Origin: an uncultured Pseudomonadota bacterium
GTDB taxonomy: Bacteria > Vulcanimicrobiota > Vulcanimicrobiia > Eremiobacterales > Eremiobacteraceae
Length of the DNA stretch: 64,000 nucleotides
Assembly: GCA_963736005.1 (NCBI GenBank)
Contig: CAVTNB010000001.1
Span: 1,920,001-1,984,000, forward strand
Direction of reading: 5' to 3'
In this document: in pieces, positions 39,291 to 50,309 of the stretch
Position numbering within the stretch: the first letter of the stretch is position 1
Layout: each line of letters starts with the position of its first letter
Notes under the pieces: model-generated
The model's input: only the letters and a program-made list of their open reading frames with translations
Database searches by the model: none
What the model was told of the DNA's origin: nothing
Translations under genes and position numbers: made by a program

Positions 39291-39345
39291 CAGCGGACCT
39301 TTAGGTCCGCTTTTTGGACAAGCGCATCTAAAGATGCGCTGCTAC
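39287..39345. repeat. Inverted pair of family B REPs, one with compensatory stem changes; GTAG supplies the S2P stop
   Basis: GTAG-CAGCGGACC-TTTA-GGTCCGCT ... AGCGCATC-TAAA-GATGCGCT-GCTAC. Confidence 0.9.
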
Positions 39346-39384
39346 ACAAGATCGCGAGCTGTTACACGAGAGCTAGATATGATT

Positions 39385-40956
39385 CTAGTGTGGCTTGACC
39401 ACCGCAGGCGGCATCACTGGGCGTGACGGACTAAGAACCTGCCACTGCGAGAACGGAATCGCCGGTGCGATCACCTGCACCGGACGGATGACGGGTGCAG
39501 GACGAAAGACCGGTGCCGGACGCGTGACTCCTGGCAGGTGCGTCAGTACCGGAAAATGCGGGCTCATCGGCGTGTGCGGAAGAATCGGCAGATGGCTGCC
39601 TTCGACCAAACCGGCGCGAATCGAGGTCGTGCCCAGAGATGTCGGCGCAGGCATGCGCGAGTCTTGGAACGAGCGCGGCTCGGTGCGCGCGAACACAACC
39701 AAATGCTCGGGTGATGACGGGCGGTTGACCAATCGCGGCAAAACAGCATAGCGGAGCGAGGATGGCAATGATGTGCGCTGTCCTTCGATCTCCACCGGAG
39801 CCGTCGCGCGAACAAGCACTTGGCGCCCGTCGGCCATCGTAAAGTGGGCAGCAATCATGGCGTTGTGCGCCGTCATACCAAACGGCACTTGCATGAAGCC
39901 CCAAAAGAATCCGGGGTTACCGACCCACGGCGTCAGAGCAAATTGCCCCGGGCAGCCGGTAATGGTAAAGAATCCATTGCCGAACGGGAAAAAACGGCTC
40001 ACGAAAATGACTTCTATGACACCGCCCGACACGAAGAAGAGCGGTCCAGGCGTGAAGACGGAAAACCCCGGTGGGGAAAAATGGAACCGAGGAAACCAAG
40101 GCCAGCCAAAGCCCAAATCAGATGATCCGAACCCAGCTCCCCCATACGAGCCAAAAGTGTAGTCCGAACTCGAGCCTGCGTCGACCCGAAACAACCAACT
40201 CTGCGTGAACGGCGTCCCATCCTCGGCTTGGCCCGTGACATACACGTTGTGCAGCCCCGACTGCAACGCCGTGAGCGGCGTGTATGAAATGTATGCGGTG
40301 GAAATCGTGGCCTGGTCCGTGACATCGATGCCGTCAACTTGCATCTGCACCGTCGAGGGATTGACAGCCGTCGTGCCTCCATTGAAACGGGCGTAGATCG
40401 ATGGATACTGCGAGCCAATGATTTCGCCCGATGCGGGCCGCATATTCTCAACAGAAGGCGCAACTCGCGAGGCAACCGTGTACACGGGACCGCCAGCATA
40501 TGCAGCGAAGCTTCCTTGCTTAAAGCCGCTGACAATGACCACGGTATTGCTTTGCAAGTCATAGTCGACGGAAACGCCGAGCGCTTGGGCGACAAAGCGT
40601 AGCGGAATCATGACGCGGCCCGCGACTTCGCGCGCGGCCACGTCCATCGTTTTGGGTTCGCCGTTTATCCGCGCATTGCGAGAACCGACCGCAACCGCGA
40701 CCGTCGTTCCATTGAGCGACGCGGTTGCCCATCCCGACGCTTCATCGAAAGAAACCAGCGCCCCGAACTGCTCGAAGACCCCTCGCAGCGGAACCAACAC
40801 GTGGTCCCCGCTGACAAGCGCGGGCACGTCTGAGGGCAGCCTGGCCCCGTCAATGACGATCGAGGGAGAACTGTCCGGAGAGGCCGCGACACACAGCGGC
40901 CGAGCAAAGAGCAAAGCAAGAAAAAGGCAAACGGCGAGGGCATTTTTGGGACGCAT
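39385..40956 (-). CDS. Exported protein with copper amine oxidase N-terminal (stalk) domain
   Basis: Signal peptide, VLVPLRGVFEQFGA, GRVMIPLRFVAQALG, a following beta/Ig-like region and a Pro-rich tail. Confidence 0.85.
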   Translation of the reverse strand: MRPKNALAVCLFLALLFARPLCVAASPDSSPSIVIDGARLPSDVPALVSGDHVLVPLRGVFEQFGALVSFDEASGWATASLNGTTVAVAVGSRNARINGEPKTMDVAAREVAGRVMIPLRFVAQALGVSVDYDLQSNTVVIVSGFKQGSFAAYAGGPVYTVASRVAPSVENMRPASGEIIGSQYPSIYARFNGGTTAVNPSTVQMQVDGIDVTDQATISTAYISYTPLTALQSGLHNVYVTGQAEDGTPFTQSWLFRVDAGSSSDYTFGSYGGAGFGSSDLGFGWPWFPRFHFSPPGFSVFTPGPLFFVSGGVIEVIFVSRFFPFGNGFFTITGCPGQFALTPWVGNPGFFWGFMQVPFGMTAHNAMIAAHFTMADGRQVLVRATAPVEIEGQRTSLPSSLRYAVLPRLVNRPSSPEHLVVFARTEPRSFQDSRMPAPTSLGTTSIRAGLVEGSHLPILPHTPMSPHFPVLTHLPGVTRPAPVFRPAPVIRPVQVIAPAIPFSQWQVLSPSRPVMPPAVVKPH

Positions 40957-41078
40957 GGCTGCCACCACTCACCCTGAGGACGTCGCCCGGTTGGCGACAA
41001 AAGGTACGCCCAGCCGGGTTTGATTCCTCGGTCGCCCTAGTGCTACCCGCCTCAAGTCGCCAAGGTCGCAGGAACGCC

Positions 41079-41138
41079 TTGTCAGACCCTCGTAACCCCG
41101 CTATAATGCAATTAGCACTCAAGTGCTAAGACTGCTAA
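41079..41138 (+). promoter_or_regulatory. groESL sigma70 promoter and CIRCE (HrcA operator)
   Basis: TTGTCA-N17-TATAAT (41079-41107); TTAGCACTC-N9-GACTGCTAA (41112-41138), one mismatch from the CIRCE consensus. Confidence 0.9.
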
Positions 41139-41279
41139 GTCCCAGAAACTAGCCCGTTTCAGGCGTATTTTCGAGCCACAAAGACCGTTAGCGCGCTCCC
41201 CGAGCAGCCGCGTGGCACCGGGTACGCTGCTGGCACGGCTCCGCACACCTGAGACAATTCCCAAGGAGGATCAAGATCC

Positions 41280-43268
<1,989 letters not shown>

Positions 43269-43269
43269 T

Positions 43270-43294
43270 GTCGTCTCGCGAATGTATTCGCGAG
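43270..43294 (+). repeat. Family C REP variant (GTCG tag) directly after groEL
   Basis: GTCG-T-CTCGCGAAT-GT-ATTCGCGAG. Confidence 0.7.
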
Positions 43295-43303
43295 CTGCGA
43301 TAC

Positions 43304-43334
43304 GGGGGCGCGATTCACTCGCGCCCTTTTCTTT
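43304..43334 (+). terminator. Rho-independent terminator of groESL
   Basis: GGGCGCGA-TTCAC-TCGCGCCC followed by TTTTCTTT. Confidence 0.8.
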
Positions 43335-43345
43335 ATGACAAGGAC

Positions 43346-43836
43346 TTACTTGGGTCGCGGCAACTCGAACAACGCCCTGACGGCAAGTCGAAATCTCGGG
43401 GGAGCTGAGTGGGTGATGACCTTCTTGTCGCCGAGTTTGGATCGACCCCTCGAATCGCACACCGTGACGGATCGGGTTTTGGGATCCACAAGAAAAACAA
43501 CCTGAGTGCCGGCTGCGAGATACACGCGCAACTTTTCTTCGATATCTGCTCGCCGATCGACCGGCGACTTCACTTCGACCTCGACGTCGGGCGCCACTAA
43601 GGGTTCCTCAGTGGTCTCCATCAGGAGGACGACGTGCTTCACCTGGCGGGCGCACCCGAAAGCACCACTCCGTGGCTACGACGCCCGCCCGCTCTGATTG
43701 CGCCCAGCGGTCGAGCGCTGCGAAGAATCTGCCCTGGGCGAGCCCGTGCTTTTGCTTTGGACTCACCTTTTGCAGGACGCGTCCATTGACCCCATTCGAA
43801 CGCGGGCTTACCCTCTGGAACCTTGATCTCAAACAT
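43346..43836 (-). pseudogene. Uma2 (DUF820) family endonuclease, frameshifted and probably internally deleted (pseudogene or assembly error)
   Basis: Pieces in three frames: EIKVPEGKPAFEW / VNGRVLQKVSPKQKHGLAQ...TEWCFRVRPPGE / APDVEVEVKSPVDRRADIEEKLRVYLAAGTQVVFLVDP. Confidence 0.75.
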
Positions 43837-43908
43837 ATTACGCTCACGAGGATTCTATCACGGGTGGCCGCGTGCCGGTCAAGGGGGCGCGACGGGAGTC
43901 GCCAATGA

Positions 43909-44484
43909 ATGCACGACATGCACTGGTCATTTGAAGTTTTCAACGCGGCAGCCGCTATCGGCACGTTCTTTGTTATTTTGGCAACGGCAATTGCAGCCGT
44001 GTACGAATTGCGCCACATTCAGGCCAAGACGCAACTGCAAGCGCTCGTCGCCATCCTCCAGGATTTTCGCAGCGAAGAGCTTCAGGAAGCCTTGCGCTAT
44101 GTGCAATCCTATTTAGATCAGAAGATGCACGACCAGCGATATCGCGAGGAGCTTGCGGCGATAGGTTTCGTTGATGCTCGGGTCCATCCGGAAATGACGG
44201 TGTGTAACTGGTTCAACGAAATGGGCACGCTCGTGAAGAATGAGATCGTGGCCTCCGATGTCTTTTTGGATCAGTTTGCCAGACTCATCAATCAATATTG
44301 GAAGATCCTCGCTCCGACCATCGCCATATTGCGCCGCCATCGCGGTGATCTGCAGTATCAGAATTTTGAGTACCTTGCGGCCCTCTCGATGCGATGGGTC
44401 ACGCGACATCCTCAGGGAATCTATCCACAACGCGTCCCTCATATGCAGATCCAAGACATCTGGCTCGAGGCTGACAAAAACTGA
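43909..44484 (+). CDS. DUF4760-like membrane-anchored protein
   Basis: N-terminal TM (GTFFVILATAIAAVYELRH), CNWFNEMGTLVKN, YQNFEYLA. Family name from recall only. Confidence 0.65.
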   Translation: MHDMHWSFEVFNAAAAIGTFFVILATAIAAVYELRHIQAKTQLQALVAILQDFRSEELQEALRYVQSYLDQKMHDQRYREELAAIGFVDARVHPEMTVCNWFNEMGTLVKNEIVASDVFLDQFARLINQYWKILAPTIAILRRHRGDLQYQNFEYLAALSMRWVTRHPQGIYPQRVPHMQIQDIWLEADKN

Positions 44485-44530
44485 GCCTACGGGAAGCTAG
44501 GCCACACTTCGTGAACTAAAACAGGACACC

Positions 44531-44647
44531 ATGGATACCGTAGGCCAGGCGCCCAAAGCGCTACCAACCGGTACTGTAGCCTTTTTGTTCACCGACATCG
44601 AGGGGTCGACCGAGAACCTTGCGATCGAGGAGGTCGCGCGTGTCTGA
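44531..44647 (+). pseudogene. 38-aa internally deleted remnant of a cyclase-STAND-TPR gene
   Basis: MDTVGQAPKALPTGTVAFLFTDIEGSTE/NLAIEEVARV*: the family N-terminus joined to the family C-terminus; AGGA RBS. Confidence 0.85.
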
Positions 44648-47400
44648 AGCTATAGCCGAGCGCAAGCCGCTCCCGAGCGGCACCGTCACCTTCCTTTTTA
44701 CGGACATCGAAGGCTCGACCGAGCGCTGGGAGCGTTATCGCGAGCCGATGAAGGCTGCCGTTCGCGAGCACGAAGAGCTCATCCGCTCAGCCGTTCGCGC
44801 ACACAACGGTTACGTCTTCAAGACTATGGGTGACGCTTTGTGCGCTGCCTTCTACAACGTCGCCGATGCGATCGCTGCGGCGCTCAAGGCCCAACTCGCT
44901 TTAGTTAAAGAAGACTGGGCGAACGTTGGTGGTCTGAAAGTTCGCATGGCTATTCATACTGGCCACACAGACGAGCGACAGGGCGACTACTTTGGCCCGG
45001 CCGTCAATCGCGTTGCGCGCTTGCTTGCAATCGGTCACGGAGGTCAAATACTCGTTTCAGGCGCGAGCGCCGATCTTTCTCAAGGAGAACTTCCCCCGCA
45101 GGCAGCGCTCCGTGACTTGGGGGCTCACAGGTTAAAAGATTCTCACCCATCCGGAGCAAGTCTATCAACTTGTTTCTCCCGATCTTGCGCCCGAATTTCC
45201 GCCGCTCCGATCCCTCGAAGCGCTCCCCAACAATTTGCCGCTCCAGATCACAAGCTTCGTCGGAAGGGAGCTTGAGCTTCTGACCGTATCGGAAGCGCTC
45301 GCGAAGCATCGGCTGGTCACGCTGGTTGGTGCGGGTGGCGTGGGAAAAACGCGGCTCGCGTTGCAGGCGGGTGCGGATTTCCTTGATCGTTACGAAGATG
45401 GTGTCTGGCTCGTCGAGCTCGCGCCAATCTCGGACCCGGCGCTCGTTCCGAGCGCCGTCGCATCGATCTTTCACGTTCGCGAGGGCGAAAATCGCACCGT
45501 CACAGAGGCTCTTCTCCACGCTCTCAAGCCGCGTCGGGCGCTGATTATCTTCGACAACTGCGAACACGTTGTCGAAGCAGCGGCGCGCCTGATCGATGCT
45601 ATTCTTCGAAACTGCCCACATGTTCGCATCATTGCCACAAGCCGGCAAGGCCTGAGCATCGCCGGTGAAGCCGTGCATCGGGTGGCGTCCCTTGCCGTTC
45701 CGGAGGCACAAAAGGAGCTCACTGCCGAGCAAGCGATGCAGCATGGCGCGGTCGCTCTCTTCGTCGAGCGAGCGATTGCGGCGACCGAGTCATTCCGCTT
45801 GACTGACCAAAATGCATCGATTGTCGCCCGCTTATGCCAGCGCTTGGACGGGATTGCCCTCGCCATCGAACTGGCTGCTCCGCGCCTCAAGGCCCTCAGC
45901 GTCGAGCAGCTGGAGAACAAACTCAACGAGCGGTTTCGCATTCTTACAGGCGGCAGTCGCACGGCTTTACCCCGCCAGCAAACGATGCGCGCGCTCGTGG
46001 ATTGGAGCTACGAGTTACTCACCGAAGATGAAAAGACTCTCTTCCGTAGAGTAGCCGTGTTTGGCGGCAGCTGGACCCTTGATGCCGCGGGCGCGATCTG
46101 TGCTGATGACAAGCTCGAAGAGTGGGCTGTCCTCGACCTCCTGCAATCCTTGGTCGACAAGTCCATGGTGGTCGCAAAGCTGTCAGGTTCGGAGCAGCGC
46201 TACCGGCTGCTCGAATCAACGCGACAATATGCGCACGAGTTGTTGGAAAAAAGCGGCGAACTCGAACCGATGCAAATCCGTCACGCTGCCTTGTACCTTG
46301 ACCTAGCAACACGTGCGGAGTCACTGTACTGGTCGACGCCGACTCGCGCATGGGTAGCTCTGCTCGAGCCAGACAATGACAATCTTCGCGCCGCACTTGA
46401 TTGGGCACTTGGGGAAAAGCGCGACATCGAGCTAGGAAGTGCCCTAGCGGCCAAGCTAGCGAGATATTGGCACATCACAGTATACGAGGCTGAAGGCAGA
46501 GCGCGCATTGAATCTGCGCTTGCCTTAAGTGATGATATCAGCTCAAAAGAAACGATTGCTACCCTATGGTTAGGGCTCAGGCTTCTTGTCAGCAATGCAG
46601 GGAGTGCCTGGGACGCCCTCGGGGAGATCTCGCAACGAGCATTTGAATTAAATCGAGAGCTCGGCAATGAGGAGGGCATGACGGTAGCGCTCACGGGTAT
46701 CGCTGAGAGACATATTCGGCAATTTAGACACGATGAAGCAAAAAAGCTATTGGACGAAGCCCTCGCGCTTGCTCAGAAAATCGAAAATCGTCGTCTGATC
46801 GGAACTATAAAATCAGCGATGGCACGAAATCTTCACTTTGGTGGTAGAACTGATGAAGCACGCAGCTATTATGCGGAGGCGCTCGGCATTGCGCGCGCTC
46901 AGGGGGACGACCGGCTCCGAAGCACGATTGTCGGCAACCTCGGCGAGGTGGAGTTTCAGCAAGGCGACGCTCTTCGAGCGCTGGAGCTAGGCCGCGAAAG
47001 CGCTGAGTCGATCGGAGCCAACCAGTATATTCCTTTCAACAATATCGCCGCGTACTTGCTGTTTCTTGGCCGATTCGATGAAGCACGCACCGCAGCGCGC
47101 CAGGCGCTGCGGCTGGCCCGGGATTCCCAGGTGAGTGGTCACGTCGCCATCTCCACGCAAAATCTTGCACACGTCGCTACGGCGAAAGGCGATCCTAGGC
47201 TTGCTGCGCGCCTTCTGGGTTATGCAAACAAAGCTCTCGTCCGGCATAACTTTGCCGTTGAATATACCGAGCAGACTACGAATACGAAACTGACCGAGCT
47301 TCTGAAGGAGGCACTTGGTGGAGATGGGCTTGCGCAATTGCTCAAGGAGGGCGAGGGGTTGACTGAAGATCAAGCTGTCGAAGAAGCCCTCAAAATCTAG
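44640..47400 (+). CDS. Class III adenylate cyclase - STAND ATPase - TPR protein, copy 1 (extra T near 45141)
   Basis: FTDIEGST, FKTMGDA, DYFGPAVNRVAR; GAGGVGKT, DNCEH, LDGIALAIELAA; TPR-like C-terminus. Removing one T near 45141 joins ORFs 44619..45275 and 45235..47400. Confidence 0.9.
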
Positions 47401-47433
47401 CATGCTAGTGCTCATCGCGCAATTGGGTCGCGC

Positions 47434-47527
47434 GTCGCGAATAAATTCGCGACAACTACATTGATCTTGGAAGTAGTCGCGCAAATTTATTTGCGCAAGA
47501 ATGTCGTCGCGCAAATTTATTTGCGCG
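47434..47527. repeat. Three family C REPs between cyclase copies 1 and 2
   Basis: GTCGCGAAT-AA-ATTCGCGAC-AACTAC; GTAG-TCGCGCAAAT-TT-ATTTGCGC; GTCG-TCGCGCAAAT-TT-ATTTGCGCG. Confidence 0.88.
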
Positions 47528-47543
47528 GCATGCGAGGGATCTG

Positions 47544-50309
47544 TTGTCTGAAGCCATAGCCGAACGCAAACCGCTGCCAAGCGGCACCGTCACCTTCCTT
47601 TTCACCGATATCGAAGGATCGACCGAACGCTGGGAGCGTCATCGCGACAAGATGCAAGTGGCTGTGCGCCGCCATGAAGAGATCTTGCAGTTAGCCATTG
47701 CGGCGCACGATGGCTACGTCTTCAAGACCGTGGGAGATGCGTTTTGCGCTACCTTTCGAACCGCGCCGGACGCAATCGGGGCGGCGCTCGACGCTCAGCG
47801 CGCGCTGGCGAAGGAAAATTTCTCGACAGTTGACGGGCTGAGCGTACGGATGGCCGTCCACACCGGTCTCTCATACGAGCGCAGCGGTGACTACTTCGGT
47901 CCAACCGTCAACCGCGTTGCGCGTCTGCTTTCTATCGGCCATGGCGGCCAGGTGCTTGTCTCAGGCACCGCGAGCGATTTAGCGCAAGGCGAATTGCCGC
48001 CGCGAATCACTTTCCGCGATCTCGGCGCACAGCGGCTCAAAGATCTCGCGCAACCCGAGCAAGTATATCAGCTCGTCGCTCCCGACCTGCCACAAGAGTT
48101 TCCGCCGCTGCGCTCCCTGGACGCGCTGCCGAACAATCTACCATTGCAAATCACGAGCTTTGTCGGTCGCGACGAAGAAATCAAAACGATTGAGAAACGT
48201 CTCCAACAGGCGAGACTCTTGACGCTCGTGGGTTCAGGTGGTGTCGGAAAAACAAGGCTGGCTTTGCAAGTAGGTGCGGACCTACTCGATCAATACGAGG
48301 ACGGCGTATGGCTCGTGGAATTCGCGCCGCTCACAGACCCAGATCTCGTCCCAAGCGTGGTTGCGGGCGTTCTCGGCGTTGCTGAAGTCGCGAATCGGTC
48401 GCTCGTCGATTCGATCGTGTACTGGCTCAAACCAAAGCATGCGTTGCTGATCCTCGACAACTGCGAACATGTTGTCGAGGCGGCAGCCAAAATCGTCGAT
48501 GCAATCTTACGCGGCTGTCCTCAGGTACGCCTCATGGTCGCAAGCCGCCAAGGCTTAGGCATGGATGGAGAAACGGTTCACCGCGTTGCGTCCCTCAGCG
48601 TCCCCGAAGGCCAGGATGGGCTGAACGCTCGCGACGCGTTGCAATACGGTGCCGTTGCGCTCTTCCTTGAACGCGCCGCTGCTGCTGTGGAAAACTTCTC
48701 CCTAACCGACGACAACGCAGAGACGGTCGCTCAGATCTGCCGGCGGCTTGACGGCATTGCGCTGGCGATCGAACTCGCCGCGCCTCGCCTCAAGGCGCTG
48801 ACCCTCGATCAACTTTCGCAACGGCTCAACGAGCGCTTTCGCCTGCTGACCGGGGGAAAACGAACCGCTCTTCAGCGACAGCAGACGATGCGAGCCCTCA
48901 TCGACTGGAGCTACGATCTCTTAGCTGACGCAGAGAAAAGGCTTTTGTGGCGTGTCGCCATTTTTGCTGGAGGTTGGACGCTCGACGCCGCCGCGGACGT
49001 TTGCTCGGATGAAAATATCGAAACATGGGATGTCATCGATCTTTTGACCTCACTTGTCGACAAGTCGCTCGTTGCCGCAGAGCTTCACGGTACGTCGCCG
49101 CGCTATAGACTTGGTGAATCGACCCGCGAATATGCTTTGGAGAAGCTTGATGCAAGCGGCGAGCGCCAAAAAATTGCGCGCAAGCACGCAGAATATTTCG
49201 CCAAAGTTGCAGAGAAGGCTGATGCCACGTTCAACACCATGCCACTAGGTACGTGGATCCCGCCGCTGCTTGTCGAGGTAGACAACTTCCGCGCCGCTCT
49301 CGACTGGACGTTAAGCGAAAACCACGACCGTGCTCTCGGTGGAGGTCTGGCCGGCGCGCTTGAAGGCCTCTGGGTCGAGGGAGGCATGGAAGCCGAGGGA
49401 GCCCGCTGGGTGGGAGAGGCGCTTTCGGCAGACAACAGCGAGCTATCCAAAGACATAGTGGCCCGCCTATGGCGAACGCTCTCAGCAATACGCGGCTATG
49501 AGGGGGAGCCGGCGTGCGCCGCAGCCGAGCGCGCATGCGCTCTTTACAAGAGTCTAGGCAACCAGCGTGGGCTTGCACAGTCGCAACTAGCCTTGGCAAA
49601 CGGTCTGTTCCGCATGGGGCGCAACGAAGAGATGAAACAACCCTTACGCGAAGCGACTGCAACCTTCCGCGAACTGGGCGACACGTGGTGGCTCGCCCGA
49701 ACCTTGGACCGCGGGGCTACCCTCGCGCTCATCGAGGGCGACATCGAAGCCGGTCGTAAGGGTTTCAAAGATTCTCTCGCCTTCTATAAGGCACACGGAG
49801 ACGATGCGGGTTGGGATCGCACCCTCGCCAACCTTGCCGAAGTAGAGTTTCAAGCCGGCAACATCGAGCAAGCCATTGCCTACGCAACGGAGGCCAAAGA
49901 GATAGACGAACGCCTCAAACGGAAGTTGCCTCTCGGAGTTACCCTGTGCAATCTTGCCGCGTATCGAATCGCGCTCGACCAAATAGACGAAGCGCGCGCC
50001 GACGCGCGTGCCGCGCTGCGGGCGGGACGCGAAGCGCAATCGACCCAGCATATCTATATAGCCGCGCAGCACCTAGGTCTCATTAGCGCGCTGCGAGGTG
50101 ACCCGCGCGTGGCCGTCCGTCTTGCCGGGTTCGCAAACAAAGGATACAAGGGCTACGGGAATCAGCGCGAGCCAACGGAGCAAATTGCCTACGATAGGCT
50201 TATTTCAACGGTGAGCGAGCACCTAAGCGAAGAAGAGCTGACGGCGCTACTGGCTGAGGGAGCTGCCCTATCAGAAGATCAGGCAGTCGAAGAGGCGCTG
50301 CGTGTCTGA
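47544..50309 (+). CDS. Class III adenylate cyclase - STAND ATPase - TPR protein, copy 2
   Basis: Same motifs (FKTVGDA, DYFGPTVNRVAR, GSGGVGKT, DNCEH); TTG start. Confidence 0.93.
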   Translation: MSEAIAERKPLPSGTVTFLFTDIEGSTERWERHRDKMQVAVRRHEEILQLAIAAHDGYVFKTVGDAFCATFRTAPDAIGAALDAQRALAKENFSTVDGLSVRMAVHTGLSYERSGDYFGPTVNRVARLLSIGHGGQVLVSGTASDLAQGELPPRITFRDLGAQRLKDLAQPEQVYQLVAPDLPQEFPPLRSLDALPNNLPLQITSFVGRDEEIKTIEKRLQQARLLTLVGSGGVGKTRLALQVGADLLDQYEDGVWLVEFAPLTDPDLVPSVVAGVLGVAEVANRSLVDSIVYWLKPKHALLILDNCEHVVEAAAKIVDAILRGCPQVRLMVASRQGLGMDGETVHRVASLSVPEGQDGLNARDALQYGAVALFLERAAAAVENFSLTDDNAETVAQICRRLDGIALAIELAAPRLKALTLDQLSQRLNERFRLLTGGKRTALQRQQTMRALIDWSYDLLADAEKRLLWRVAIFAGGWTLDAAADVCSDENIETWDVIDLLTSLVDKSLVAAELHGTSPRYRLGESTREYALEKLDASGERQKIARKHAEYFAKVAEKADATFNTMPLGTWIPPLLVEVDNFRAALDWTLSENHDRALGGGLAGALEGLWVEGGMEAEGARWVGEALSADNSELSKDIVARLWRTLSAIRGYEGEPACAAAERACALYKSLGNQRGLAQSQLALANGLFRMGRNEEMKQPLREATATFRELGDTWWLARTLDRGATLALIEGDIEAGRKGFKDSLAFYKAHGDDAGWDRTLANLAEVEFQAGNIEQAIAYATEAKEIDERLKRKLPLGVTLCNLAAYRIALDQIDEARADARAALRAGREAQSTQHIYIAAQHLGLISALRGDPRVAVRLAGFANKGYKGYGNQREPTEQIAYDRLISTVSEHLSEEELTALLAEGAALSEDQAVEEALRV

